Below are positions 46,940 to 57,129 of a stretch of 64,000 nt of DNA, in pieces. Made by a program: the position numbers and the translations under genes. This DNA is from Alphaproteobacteria bacterium (GTDB lineage: Bacteria > Pseudomonadota > Alphaproteobacteria > GCA-2731375). Position 1 is the first letter of the stretch, and each line of letters starts with the position of its first letter. The notes under the pieces were generated by a model, which was not told the origin of the DNA, did not search any database, and worked only from the letters and a program-made list of their open reading frames with translations. Where the stretch lies: NCBI GenBank assembly GCA_965232515.1, contig CBDDPY010000002.1, positions 2,880,001 through 2,944,000 of the forward strand. The letters run 5' to 3'.

Positions 46940-48043
46940 CTAGCCCCAGACTTCCTGCGCCACCTCGACGACAAGGCGGAGCTTGGCGATCTCGTCGGCC
47001 TCGTCGATCTTGTTGCCGTGATGCGTGGACGAAAACCCGCACTGCGGGCTCAGGCAGAGGCGGTCGATATCGATGTACTGCGCCGCCTCGTCGATGCGAC
47101 GCTTCAGCGCGTCCTTTGGCTCCACATCCGCCGTCTTGGTGGTGACGAGGCCGAGCACCACGACCTTGTCGTCGGGCACGAAACGCAGCGGCTCGAAGCC
47201 GCCGGCCCGCTCGGTGTCGTACTCCATGAACAGCGCATCGACGTTCACGGTGCTGAAAACCCGCTCTGCCACGGCCTCGTAGCCGCCCTGCGCCGCCCAC
47301 GTGCTCTGGAAGTTGCCGCGGCACATGTGCATGGCGGTCGTCACATCGGCCGGCAGGTCGCGGATCGCATCGTTGAGCGCTCGCGCGTAGGTCAGCGCAA
47401 GTGCGTCCGGATCCTCGCCCCTGGCCCTCAGGCCGGCCCGGATATCGGTGTCGCAGAGATAGGCGTAGCTGATGTCGTCGAGTTGCACGTAGCGGCAGCC
47501 CGCCGCCGCCAGATCGGCGAGCTCGGCCCGGTAGGCGGCCGTCAGATCGTCCCAGAAGGCCTGTAGGTCGGGATAGACCTCGATGCTGATGCCCTCGCGG
47601 CCGGCGCGGAAGTGGGCCATGCTCGGCCCCGGCAGCGTGAACTTGGCGGTGCGGGCGGTCAGATCGCGCAGATAGGTGAAGTGATCGAGCATCACCGGCC
47701 GGGTGCGGCTTAGCTTTGCCGTCACCATGGCGCGTGGCGGCTGATCGTCGCTGTCCTTGAACGTGCCCTTGTCGAGCGGCGCGCCGAGCTCGAAGCCGTC
47801 GAACCCGGACAGGAAATCGAAATGCCACCAGGTGCGCCGGAACTCACCGTCGGTGACCGATTGCAGGCCGATCTCCTCCTGCAGCGCCACCACGTCGCGG
47901 ATGCAGGCGTCCTCGACCGCGCGCAGCTCGTCGTCGGTGATCTCACCGGCGGCCCTCTTGCTGCGCGCCTCCTGCAATCGGGCCGGACGCAACAGGCTGC
48001 CGACATGGTCGGCGCGAAACGGTGGATTGTGTTTCGCTGGCAT
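46940..48043 (-). CDS. Cobalamin-independent methionine synthase II family (single-barrel)
   Basis: RADHVGSLLRP, TDGEFRR, HMCRGN, LSPQCGFSS. Confidence 0.9.
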   Translation of the reverse strand: MPAKHNPPFRADHVGSLLRPARLQEARSKRAAGEITDDELRAVEDACIRDVVALQEEIGLQSVTDGEFRRTWWHFDFLSGFDGFELGAPLDKGTFKDSDDQPPRAMVTAKLSRTRPVMLDHFTYLRDLTARTAKFTLPGPSMAHFRAGREGISIEVYPDLQAFWDDLTAAYRAELADLAAAGCRYVQLDDISYAYLCDTDIRAGLRARGEDPDALALTYARALNDAIRDLPADVTTAMHMCRGNFQSTWAAQGGYEAVAERVFSTVNVDALFMEYDTERAGGFEPLRFVPDDKVVVLGLVTTKTADVEPKDALKRRIDEAAQYIDIDRLCLSPQCGFSSTHHGNKIDEADEIAKLRLVVEVAQEVWG

Positions 48044-48055
48044 GTCGTCGCCTCC

Positions 48056-49066
48056 TTATGGCGCCAGGTAGGTCCAGCAACCGGTCTCGTCGAGCGCCGG
48101 CTCGATCCGCGCCAGGGCGTCGTCCGGCACGGCCCGCAGCCGCGCGCGCAGCCGCTCGAGGCACTTCACCTGATAGCGGAAGGTGCCCTGCGCGTAAGCG
48201 CGGCCGAGCAGTTCCAGCTCGAACGACTCGGCGCCGGCCGCGGCGGCCTGCGCGTTCGCGGCCAGGAACGGCAGATAAACTTCGCCGGCGAGCCGCAGCA
48301 TTCCGATCACCGCCGGCGGCAATGGCGCGTCGGCCGACAGCCATTCGCCTTCGAGGCCCGAGAGGTCGTCCATCTGCCGGACCCAGTCATAAGTGCGTTG
48401 TGCCGATGTGCGCATGATCTCGGCCGGCGTCGGATCGGTGGCGAGCGTCTTGAGCTGGCCGAACCAGCCGAAGTCGGCGAGCGACGGCCGGCTGCCGAAG
48501 AGATAGCTGTCGAGGCCGACATGGCCGTCGAGCAGCGCCAGCACGCGATGATAGGTCTCCTCGATAACAGGCGCGTTCTGCGGCGTGCAGCCGACCAGCG
48601 CCATGCGGCCGACCTGCCGGTCGGTGAAGGCGGTGACGGCGGCGTCATAGGCTTCGCCCTTGAGCTCGGGCTGATGGTCGTTGACGATCCAGCGCGCGGC
48701 GTAGTCCTGGTCGACCTTTCGCGCCCAGCGATAGTGGAACATGGCCTTGGTGCCCCACTCGTCGGCCGTGTCCTCGATCAGGTCGCTGAGGAAGGCGTGG
48801 CCGGGATCGTCGGGGATGATCGAGCGCGCGTCCGGGTGCCGCTCTTCGAGCAAATAGGCGAGCGGGGTCGAATCGACGTGATAGCTGCCGTCCTCGGGCA
48901 GTTGCAGGATCGGGATCAGCGGCGGCTTCACGTCCGCCACCTCGGCCCGGATCGCCGGCGTCCGCATGACCCAGTCGTGCGGCAGCCGCCGATACCGCAT
49001 GATCGCGCGCATTTTCATGGAATAGGGCGAGCCGTTGGTGCCGATCAGGCGATAGCGATCCGTCAT
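48056..49066 (-). CDS. Glutathione S-transferase family protein
   Basis: SPYSMK, DSTP, ADEW..K.MFHYRW, YLFGSRPSLADF. Confidence 0.82.
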   Translation of the reverse strand: MTDRYRLIGTNGSPYSMKMRAIMRYRRLPHDWVMRTPAIRAEVADVKPPLIPILQLPEDGSYHVDSTPLAYLLEERHPDARSIIPDDPGHAFLSDLIEDTADEWGTKAMFHYRWARKVDQDYAARWIVNDHQPELKGEAYDAAVTAFTDRQVGRMALVGCTPQNAPVIEETYHRVLALLDGHVGLDSYLFGSRPSLADFGWFGQLKTLATDPTPAEIMRTSAQRTYDWVRQMDDLSGLEGEWLSADAPLPPAVIGMLRLAGEVYLPFLAANAQAAAAGAESFELELLGRAYAQGTFRYQVKCLERLRARLRAVPDDALARIEPALDETGCWTYLAP

Positions 49067-49128
49067 TGTCCCCGATGTGCCTATCTTGTGATTTCCGTTC
49101 AGCCACATCCTATTGCAGGCTAGCGGGC

Positions 49129-49974
49129 ATGACGCGTCATTTTCGCGCCTGGCAATGGGCGATGACGATTGGCCTGCCGTTGCTGCTGGCGGCATTCGCC
49201 ACGAACGCGGTCGCCGCGGACGAACCGGTCGACCTGGAGCTGATCCTGGCCGTCGACATTTCCGGCAGCATCGATGCCGGCGAAGCGCAGCTTCAGCGCG
49301 ACGGCTATGTCGCGGCGCTGACCAGCCCCGAGGTCATCGACGTGATTCAGGGCGGCTTCATCGGCCGCATCGCGCTGACCTACGTGGAATGGGCCGGCCT
49401 CGAGCACCGCTGGACCGTGGTCGGCTGGCGCGCCGTCCACGACGCCGCCAGCGCCCGCGACTTCGCGGCGATCCTGAACGCGGCGCCGCTATCGCGCGGC
49501 CAGCGCACCTCGATCAGCGGCGCCATCGATTTCACCCTGCCGATGTTCGACGGCAACGGCTTCGAAGGCACGCGGCGGGTGATCGACATCTCCGGCGACG
49601 GGCCCAACAACAACGGCCGCTGGGTCTGGGAGGCGCGCCAGACGGCGATCGCCGCCGGCGTCACCATCAACGGCCTGCCGATCATCAACAACCGCCCGAA
49701 TGTGTTCGGCTTCCCCAGCCTGCCCGACCTCGACCGCTACTACTGGGAATGCGTGATCGGCGGCCCCGGCGCCTTCATCGTCGTGGCCGAGAGCTTCCAG
49801 GACTTCGCCGCCGCGATCCGCCGCAAGATGATCCTGGAGATCGCCGGCCTGCAGCCGCCATCGCCGCCCCGGCCGCTGCTGCACTACACGGCCGGCAGCG
49901 ACCGCTACGACTGCGGCATCGGCGAGCAGCAGTACCGCGAGTTCTTCCAGAACCTCGACAACGACCCGTTCTAG
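49129..49974 (+). CDS. DUF1194 (vWA-like) exported protein
   Basis: LAVDISGS, RRVIDISGDG.NN, VIGGPGAF, RRKMILEIA. Confidence 0.88.
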   Translation: MTRHFRAWQWAMTIGLPLLLAAFATNAVAADEPVDLELILAVDISGSIDAGEAQLQRDGYVAALTSPEVIDVIQGGFIGRIALTYVEWAGLEHRWTVVGWRAVHDAASARDFAAILNAAPLSRGQRTSISGAIDFTLPMFDGNGFEGTRRVIDISGDGPNNNGRWVWEARQTAIAAGVTINGLPIINNRPNVFGFPSLPDLDRYYWECVIGGPGAFIVVAESFQDFAAAIRRKMILEIAGLQPPSPPRPLLHYTAGSDRYDCGIGEQQYREFFQNLDNDPF

Positions 49975-50026
49975 ACGTTGCGCCATGCCTGCCGGCACTG
50001 ACTGGCATCCGCATCGACTGCCGCGG

Positions 50027-50099
50027 TGGATCCTGGCCTCCGCCAGGATGACCAGCTGAGACACCTGCAATCAAATTGTCATCCTGGCGCAGGCCAGGA
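50027..50099. repeat. Inverted pair of REP-like palindromes; second copy interrupted by IS30
   Basis: TGGATCCTGGCCTCCGCCAGGATGAC (50027-50052); GTCATCCTGGCGCAGGCCAGGA (50078-50099) completed by TCCA at 51140-51143. Confidence 0.8.
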
Positions 50100-51089
50100 G
50101 GTGGATTCACATTCGAAGTGCAACAGGTGTTCGATGAAGACCTCGGCTGGGGTTCTGTAGTCAAGGCATTTCCGCGGCGTGGTGTTGTAGGCGCGCAGGT
50201 ATTGGTGCAGGCGCCGGCGGTTGAGCTCGTCGAGGTTTGTCTTTCGGGGGATGAAGCGTCGGAAGCGGCCGATGGCGTTTTCGATGCCGCCCTTCTGCCA
50301 GGGGGCATGGGGGTCGCAGAAGTAGGTTTGCATGTCGATGTGCTGGAGTTCGGTGTGGCGGGCGAATTCGGTGCCGTTGTCGAAGGTGACGGTCTGGCGC
50401 AGGTCGGGCGGCAGGTCGGCGAACAGGGCGTGCAGGTGGTCTGCGATGGGCTGTGCGGCCTTACCCGGTGGCCGGGTGGCGAGGAGGATGCGGGAGAGAC
50501 GTTCATGGCAGACGAGGATGGCCTGGCCGTAGGTCGCGAACAGCATGAGGTCGGCTTCCCAGTGTCCCGGGGTTGTGCGGTCGTCGACGTCGGCCGGGCG
50601 ATCGGCGATGGGCACGCGGCCGGCGATGAAGCTGGCCGGGCTGCCGCCCCTGCGGCCGCGCCAGCCGCGTTTGCTTTTGCCGCGCGGCAGCAGCAGGCGC
50701 CAGCGGAAGTCCTGGGTGCGGGCGAGCTGGGCATAGACGAAGCGGTAGATGCTTTCATGCGAGATGACGTGTTGGCCGGCGGTGTGGGCGAGCCGGCCGG
50801 CGACCTGTTCCGGCGACCAGCCGCGTTTGAGGCCGTCGAGGACGCGGTCGCGCAAGCTCGGATCGCGTTGCAGGCGGGGCCCGGACCAGCGCCGGGCGCG
50901 GGCCTGCTGCTGGGCATAGGCTGGCTTGTAGCCGACCTGTCGGCCGCTGTTGCGTTTCAGTTCGCGAGAGACTGTTGATGGCGCGCGATCCAGAGCTGCC
51001 GCGATTTGCCGGATCGAGCGGCCGGCGGTTTGAAGGCGGGAAATCTCACACCGCTCTTCCAGTGACAACTGGGCGTAATCGGATCCCAT
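50079..51089 (-). CDS. IS30-family transposase
   Basis: HTH STVSRELKRN, WSPEQ, ISHESIY; DDE residues in GHWEADL, TFDNGTEF, KGGIEN; PRKCLDYRTP. Confidence 0.95.
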   Translation of the reverse strand: MGSDYAQLSLEERCEISRLQTAGRSIRQIAAALDRAPSTVSRELKRNSGRQVGYKPAYAQQQARARRWSGPRLQRDPSLRDRVLDGLKRGWSPEQVAGRLAHTAGQHVISHESIYRFVYAQLARTQDFRWRLLLPRGKSKRGWRGRRGGSPASFIAGRVPIADRPADVDDRTTPGHWEADLMLFATYGQAILVCHERLSRILLATRPPGKAAQPIADHLHALFADLPPDLRQTVTFDNGTEFARHTELQHIDMQTYFCDPHAPWQKGGIENAIGRFRRFIPRKTNLDELNRRRLHQYLRAYNTTPRKCLDYRTPAEVFIEHLLHFECESTSWPAPG

Positions 51090-51136
51090 CGCAACACCTC
51101 CAACACAAGGTGTTGCACTTCGTTTGTGAACTCAGG
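50100..51136 (-). mobile_element. IS30-family insertion sequence
   Basis: Imperfect terminal IRs sharing TTCACA-nn-CGAAGTGCAACA; 3-bp direct repeat GGA at 50097-50099 and 51137-51139. Confidence 0.88.
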
Positions 51137-51163
51137 GGATCCATTGATGCCGTACAACAGCTG

Positions 51164-52093
51164 CTAACGCGCGAACGACTCGTGGTGTTCGTGCCACCAG
51201 TTGGCGATGTCGATGCGGCGGGCGAACCAGACATCGCCTTTCTCGAGCGCGTAGTCGAAGAACTGCCGCAGCGCCGAGATCCGCGCCGCCTGACCGACGA
51301 AGCGCGAGTGCAGGCCGATCGACATCATGCGCGGATGCGTCTCGCCCTCCTCCCACAGGCAATCGAATCCGCGCTTCAGATGGTCGAAAAACGCGTTGGG
51401 ATCGGTATAGCCGTTCGGGAAGGCGAAGCGGCCGTCGTTGTAGGTCAGCGTGTAGGGCAGCACCAGGTGCTGCTTGCCGCCGACCTCGACATAGTACGGC
51501 AGGTCGTCGTTATAGGCGTCGGAATCGTAGACGAAGCCGCCCTCCTCGACCAGCAGCTCGCGCGTATGCACCGACGGACCGTAGCGGCAGTACCAGCCGC
51601 GCGGCCGCTCGCCGGTCAAGCGCTCGATGGTCTCGACCGCGGCATCGATATGCGCCTTCTCCTCCTCGCGGCTGAGCGTCCAGACCTCCTCCCAGCGCCA
51701 GCCGTGCGAGCAGGGCTCGTGCCCGGCCTCGCGGATCCAGTCGCCGACCTCGGGGTTGCGTTCCAGCGCCACCGCGCAGGCATAGAATGTCACCGGCATG
51801 TTGTAGGCATCGAGCAGGCGCTGCAGCCGCCAGATGCCGGCCCGGCTGCCGTATTCGTAGACCGATTCGACGCAGAGATCCCGGTACTGCGCGTCCATGG
51901 CGTAGGGGATCTCGCCCATCACCTCGTTGCGGCCGTCACCGGCCGGCACCGAGTTCTCCGATCCCTCCTCGTAGTTCAGGCACAGGCTGACGGCGACACG
52001 CGCGCCCTCCGGCCAGACGACCTTGGGCACGTGCCGGCCATAACCGACAAAATTCCGCCGTGGACCCGGCCCATCGGAATCGATCAATTGCAT
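51164..52093 (-). CDS. Polysaccharide deacetylase family, PuuE allantoinase-like
   Basis: RNFVGYG, LNYEEGSE, YEYGSRAG, SHGWRW, YDSDAYNDDLPY, MSIGLH. Confidence 0.85.
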   Translation of the reverse strand: MQLIDSDGPGPRRNFVGYGRHVPKVVWPEGARVAVSLCLNYEEGSENSVPAGDGRNEVMGEIPYAMDAQYRDLCVESVYEYGSRAGIWRLQRLLDAYNMPVTFYACAVALERNPEVGDWIREAGHEPCSHGWRWEEVWTLSREEEKAHIDAAVETIERLTGERPRGWYCRYGPSVHTRELLVEEGGFVYDSDAYNDDLPYYVEVGGKQHLVLPYTLTYNDGRFAFPNGYTDPNAFFDHLKRGFDCLWEEGETHPRMMSIGLHSRFVGQAARISALRQFFDYALEKGDVWFARRIDIANWWHEHHESFAR

Positions 52094-52170
52094 GGCGACC
52101 TCCCGGTTTCTTTGGTTTTGCTAACATAGCCTAACCGGCGGCGACGGACGCGGCGAGACGGTAGAGCGAT

Positions 52171-53373
52171 ATGACGGATGGAACACAGCCGCCGCTGAGC
52201 GGCCTTCGGGTGATCGACGCCGCGACGATCTTCGCCGGCCCCTTGATCGCGACGCTTCTTGGCGATTTCGGCGCCGACGTGATCAAGGTCGAGCACCCCA
52301 AGGGCGACCCGTTGCGCCAGACCGGCTATCGCAAGGACGACGTGCCGTTGTGGTGGAAGGTGGTCGGCCGCAACAAACGCGGCATCACGCTGGACCTGAA
52401 GCAGGCTGACGGCCAGGACATCTTCAAGCGCTTGATCGCCGATGCCGACGTGCTGATCGAGAACTTCCGCCCCGGCACGCTCGAGCGCTGGGGTCTGGGC
52501 TGGGAAGTGTTGCACGCCCTCAACCCCCGCCTTGTGATGGTGCGCGTCACCGGATTCGGCCAGACCGGGCCTTACAGCCAGCGGCCGGGCTTCGGCACGC
52601 TGGCGGAAGCCTTCAGCGGCTTCGCCCACGTCACCGGCCAGCCGGACGGCCCGCCGACGCTACCGCCGTTCGGATTGGCCGACGGCGTTGCGGCCCAGTA
52701 CGGCACGTTCGCCACCATGTTCGCGCTCTACGAACGCGACGCGAAGGGCAGCGGCCAGGGCCAGTTCATCGATCTGTCGATCTACGAGCCGCTGTTCGCC
52801 CTGCTCGGCTATCAGCCGACGGTGTTCGACCAGCTCGACGTCGTGCAGCAGCGCAGCGGCAACCGCTCGGTCAGCAACGCCCCGCGCAACGCTTACCGGA
52901 CGGCGGACGGCCGTTGGGTTGCGCTGTCATCGGCGGCGCCGGCGATCCTGAAACGCCTGCTGCACCTGACCGGCGGCGAGGCGGCGGCCGAAGACCCGCG
53001 GTTCCGCACGGCCGAAAGCCGGCTGCAGCATGTCGATGCGCTCGACGCCATTGTCGGCGGCTGGATCGGCCGACATAGTCTTGAAGAGGTCTTGGCGGCG
53101 TTCGAGCAGGCGGAGGCCGCCATCGCGCCCGTCTACGACGTGGCGCAGATCTTCGACGACCCGCAGTACCAGGCCCGCGAAGACATCGTCGAGGTCTCGG
53201 ACGATGAACTGGGCGCGGTGAAGATGCAGAACGTCTTCCCCTTCCTGTCCCGCACGCCCGGCCGCATCAGCCATGCCGGCCCGCGGCTCGGCGAGCACAA
53301 CGACGAAGTCCTCGGCGAACTCGGAATTAGCGCCGACGAGCTGGCGGCCCTGCGCGCCGCCGGCGTGATCTGA
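52171..53373 (+). CDS. CaiB/BaiF class III CoA transferase
   Basis: AGP, DFGADVIKVE, RNKR, ENFRPG, GFGQTGPY, LAD. Confidence 0.92.
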   Translation: MTDGTQPPLSGLRVIDAATIFAGPLIATLLGDFGADVIKVEHPKGDPLRQTGYRKDDVPLWWKVVGRNKRGITLDLKQADGQDIFKRLIADADVLIENFRPGTLERWGLGWEVLHALNPRLVMVRVTGFGQTGPYSQRPGFGTLAEAFSGFAHVTGQPDGPPTLPPFGLADGVAAQYGTFATMFALYERDAKGSGQGQFIDLSIYEPLFALLGYQPTVFDQLDVVQQRSGNRSVSNAPRNAYRTADGRWVALSSAAPAILKRLLHLTGGEAAAEDPRFRTAESRLQHVDALDAIVGGWIGRHSLEEVLAAFEQAEAAIAPVYDVAQIFDDPQYQAREDIVEVSDDELGAVKMQNVFPFLSRTPGRISHAGPRLGEHNDEVLGELGISADELAALRAAGVI

Positions 53374-53386
53374 ACGGAGACGACCC

Positions 53387-53596
53387 TTGAGCGACGACAA
53401 AACCGAATTCGTACGGGAGCTGTTCCGCCGCTGGCACGGAAAAGACTTACCGATGGCGGACGCGGCGGGGCTGGCGGGCTTCTTCGCGCCCATCGATGCG
53501 CTGGCGGAAGACGCCGCCGCGTCGCTTGGCTTCGACGACGCGCCCGCTGGCTACGATGTCGTCGTCGCGCGCTTGGCCGCCAAGGACGCGCCATGA
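53387..53596 (+). CDS. Small (69 aa) amidase-partner protein, GatC/AtzG-like
   Basis: GGAGA RBS, TTG start; paralog of 9145..9345; ATGA overlap with amidase. Confidence 0.7.
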   Translation: MSDDKTEFVRELFRRWHGKDLPMADAAGLAGFFAPIDALAEDAAASLGFDDAPAGYDVVVARLAAKDAP

Positions 53597-55026
53597 GTCA
53601 CGACATCACATCGTTATCGCTGGTCGAGGTGGCGGCCGCGATCTCGGACCGCCAGCTGTCGTCGGTCGAGGTGACGCGCGCTTGCCTTGACCGCATCGAG
53701 CGTTTGCAGCCGGTGCTGAACTGCTTCATCACGCTGGAGGCCGAGGACGCGCTCTCCGCCGCGCGGACCGCCGACGAAGCGCTGGCGCGTGGCGACAAGC
53801 TCGGGCCGCTGCACGGCGTGCCGATGGCGCACAAGGACATGTTCTACCGCGCCGGCCGGCGCTGTACCGGCGGCACCAAGATCCGCCGCGACTTCGTGCC
53901 CGACATCACCGCCACCGTGCAGGCGCGCCTGGCGGCGGCCGGCGCCTTGTGCCTGGGCGGTCTCAACATGTCCGAGTTCGCGGTCGGGCCGACTGGCCAC
54001 AACATCCACTACGGCGCCTGCCGCAATCCCTGGAACCCGGCGCATGCGCCGGGCGGCTCGTCGTCGGGCTCGGGTGCTGCGGTGGCCGCGCGGCTGGTCT
54101 ACGGCGCGCTCGGCTCGGACACCGGCGGCTCGATCCGTATCCCGGCGGCGCTCTGCGGGCTGGTCGGCTTGAAGCCGAGCCAAGGCCGGATCAGCCGCCA
54201 TGGCGGCGTGTCGCTGTCGTTCTCGCTCGACTGCTTCGGCCCGTTGACCCGGACCGTGCAGGATTGTGCCCGTCTGACCCGGTTGCTCGCCGGCTACGAC
54301 CCCGCCGATCCGACCAGCAGCCGCGAGCCGGTCGACGACTACGAACAAGCCTGCGGCCAAGGTATCGGCGGGCTGAAAATCGGCGTGCCGGTCGACCATG
54401 GCGGGGTCGAGGTGGCGCCGGAAGTGACAGCGGCTGTCGCCGACAGCCTGGCGGTGCTCGAGAATCAGGGCGCCGACGTCGTCGAGGTCGCGCTGCCGGA
54501 CCAGGCGCGGATGAACGCGCTGTCGACCATCGTCACCCGTGCCGAGGGCGCGACGATCCATCGCAAATGGCTGATCGAGCGCCGCGACGACTACAGCCCG
54601 CAGGTGCGCCGGCGCATGGAGATGGGCCTGCTGCTACCGGCGACCCGCTATCTCGAAGCGTTGAGCCTGCGGGCCAGGTTTCTCGACGCCTTCGCCAGCG
54701 ACGTGTTCCGCCACTGCGACGTCGTGCTGCTGCCGACCGTGCCGATGCCGGCGCCGACGCTCGCCGACTTGGATGTCGGCGACAGCGACGCCCTGCCGGC
54801 CATGCTGCAGCGCTTGACGGGCTTCACCCGGCCGATGAATTATCTCGGCCTGCCGGCGCTCAGCGTGCCGGCGGGATTCAGTGCCGATGGCCTGCCGGTC
54901 GGCTTTCAGCTGGTCGGCCGGCCCTTCGCCGAGGCGACCTTGCTCGCCGCCGGCGCGGCCTATCAGAGGGCGACGACGTGGCATGAACGGGCGCCGGACA
55001 TGGCGGCCGTGGAGGAGACCGTATGA
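53593..55026 (+). CDS. Amidase-signature family enzyme (GatA/AtzE-like)
   Basis: [23 protein letters not shown]; paralog of 9342..10763. Confidence 0.92.
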   Translation: MSHDITSLSLVEVAAAISDRQLSSVEVTRACLDRIERLQPVLNCFITLEAEDALSAARTADEALARGDKLGPLHGVPMAHKDMFYRAGRRCTGGTKIRRDFVPDITATVQARLAAAGALCLGGLNMSEFAVGPTGHNIHYGACRNPWNPAHAPGGSSSGSGAAVAARLVYGALGSDTGGSIRIPAALCGLVGLKPSQGRISRHGGVSLSFSLDCFGPLTRTVQDCARLTRLLAGYDPADPTSSREPVDDYEQACGQGIGGLKIGVPVDHGGVEVAPEVTAAVADSLAVLENQGADVVEVALPDQARMNALSTIVTRAEGATIHRKWLIERRDDYSPQVRRRMEMGLLLPATRYLEALSLRARFLDAFASDVFRHCDVVLLPTVPMPAPTLADLDVGDSDALPAMLQRLTGFTRPMNYLGLPALSVPAGFSADGLPVGFQLVGRPFAEATLLAAGAAYQRATTWHERAPDMAAVEETV

Positions 55027-56114
55027 CCGCCAATCCGGCAACCGAATTCCAGACACTGCACGAATTCGTCAAGACGGCCCGCAACCGGCTGTCGCCCGAC
55101 ATCTGGGACTACCTGGTCGGCGGCACCGAGACCGAGACCACGTTGAAGCGCAACCGCCGGGCGCTCGACAGCGTCGCCTTCCGGCCACGGGTGCTGCGCG
55201 ACGTCTCCGAGGTTGACTGCACGACGCGATTTCTAGACGCGCCGCTCCGGCTGCCGATCGCCATCGCGCCGGTCGGCTCGCTGGAATCCTTCCACCCCGA
55301 CGGCGGCGTCACCGCGGCGAAGGCCGCCGCCGAGTTCGGCTGCGTCAGCATCCACAGCTCGGTCAGCAAGCCGGATATCGAGACCATCGCCTCCGCCGCC
55401 GACGGCTGCAGGATCTTTCAGCTCTACGTGCGTGGCGACGACGATTTCGTTGACGACCACGTCCGCCGGGCCGTTGACGCCGGCTGCCGAGCCTTCTGCA
55501 TCACCGTCGACAGCCAGATGTACAGCCGGCGCGAGCGGGATATCGCCAAGCGCTTCATCAAGCCCTGGCGTCTGAGCGCCACCGGCATCAACCACCAGGC
55601 CGCGTTCAACTGGAGCAACGTCAAGCGCTTCAAGGACCGGCACGACATTCCGCTGATCCTGAAAGGCATCGCCACGGCGGAAGACGCCGAGATGGCCTGC
55701 GCCCATGGCGTTGACGTGATTTACGTGTCGAACCATGGCGGCCGGCAGCTCGATCACGGCCGCGGCGCCCTCGACGTGCTGCCCGAGGTGGTCTCGGCGG
55801 TGGCCGGCCGCGCGGCCGTGGCCATCGACGGCGGCTTCATGCGGGGCACGGATATCGTCAAGGCCATCGCGCTCGGCGCCAATCTGGTCGGCCTCGGCCG
55901 CCTGCCCTGCATCGGCATGGCCGCCGGCGGTGTCGAGGGCGTCGTCCGCATGTTCGAAATCCTGGAGGACGAGGTGCGGATTTGCCTCGGCCTGCTGGGC
56001 GTCACCGGCTTCGACCAAATCGAGCCCTCGCACCTGACCCGGGCAGAACCCGTCGACGCGCCCCACGTCTTCAGCGCCTTCCCCCTGCTGAACCTGGACG
56101 ATCCGGGGTATTGA
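55023..56114 (+). CDS. FMN-dependent alpha-hydroxy acid oxidase/dehydrogenase
   Basis: FRPRVLRDVS, FQLY, LKGI, SNHGGRQLD, DGG..RGTD. Confidence 0.92.
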   Translation: MTANPATEFQTLHEFVKTARNRLSPDIWDYLVGGTETETTLKRNRRALDSVAFRPRVLRDVSEVDCTTRFLDAPLRLPIAIAPVGSLESFHPDGGVTAAKAAAEFGCVSIHSSVSKPDIETIASAADGCRIFQLYVRGDDDFVDDHVRRAVDAGCRAFCITVDSQMYSRRERDIAKRFIKPWRLSATGINHQAAFNWSNVKRFKDRHDIPLILKGIATAEDAEMACAHGVDVIYVSNHGGRQLDHGRGALDVLPEVVSAVAGRAAVAIDGGFMRGTDIVKAIALGANLVGLGRLPCIGMAAGGVEGVVRMFEILEDEVRICLGLLGVTGFDQIEPSHLTRAEPVDAPHVFSAFPLLNLDDPGY

Positions 56115-56502
56115 TCGGCGGTACCCGGCGCTGTTGCGCGATCCGAACCACCGAAACGATTGAAACAATTGGCCGGCCGCCGCGACATCCGGCGGAAACA
56201 ACGCGCGTGCAGATTGCGTAACGGTCAGCACGACATGTTTCCAAGGGGTCATGAACAATGGCGGCACAAGACAAGCACGGGATCGCCGTAGCCACCGGTC
56301 ACCGGGCGCTCTTGAGCCGCAAACGCGCGATGCCGTTCCGGCGGCAGCGACCCAAGTCAGAGATGCCGTTGTCCGGCGCCGCGGCGCAAGACGCCGTGGC
56401 GTGGGGATGACGCACGGAATGCTCGGTCCGGTTTCGACAGGTGCGGCCAGGTCCTGCCAGTCATTTGGCAACGACCTGAGCGTCGGCCGGACCGGGCACC
56501 CG

Positions 56503-57120
56503 ATGCCGATGAGCCGGGATCCGATCTGGATTCGAACCCTGACCAATCGAATGGCGGCACTCTGCCGCGGCGACGCGATCCGCCGACAGCGGGCCGCCAT
56601 CGTGCCGAGAGCCGCGGGCCGGGTGCTCGAAATCGGCATTGGCTCGGGCCGCAACCTGCCTTTCTATGACGGTCGCAAGGTCGCGTCCCTGATCGGCATC
56701 GGCGCCTCGGAGACATTGCTCGACCGGGCCGACCTGCCGTTTCCCCTGACGCTGCGCGAATGGACGCCTGACGGATTGCCGATCGCCGCGGACAGCATCG
56801 ACACCGTCGTGGTGACGGACGCCTTGCGTCGCATGGCCGACCCGGCGGCGACGTTGAGCGAAATACGGCGGGTTCTGAAGCCGACCGGACGGTTGCTGTT
56901 TTGCGAGCCCAGCAAGGCGCCCGATGCGAACGTGGCGTGCTGGCAACGGCGTCTGGGCCCTTTCCGGCGTCTTGCCGCCGGGCGCGGTCGCTTCGAGGTC
57001 GACTTTCCGCAATTGATCAATCGGACAGGTTTCGCCTTGCAGGCGATCGATGCCGCTTACCTGCCGTGGCGGCCGCGTCTGATCGGATTCGTCTACTGGG
57101 GCGCGGCGACCATCGTCTGA
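56503..57120 (+). CDS. Class I SAM-dependent methyltransferase (possibly degenerate); start uncertain
   Basis: VLEIGIGSGRNL, SIDTVV, EIRRVLKPTGRLLF. Confidence 0.7.
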   Translation: MPMSRDPIWIRTLTNRMAALCRGDAIRRQRAAIVPRAAGRVLEIGIGSGRNLPFYDGRKVASLIGIGASETLLDRADLPFPLTLREWTPDGLPIAADSIDTVVVTDALRRMADPAATLSEIRRVLKPTGRLLFCEPSKAPDANVACWQRRLGPFRRLAAGRGRFEVDFPQLINRTGFALQAIDAAYLPWRPRLIGFVYWGAATIV

Positions 57121-57129
57121 CGGTGGGGT

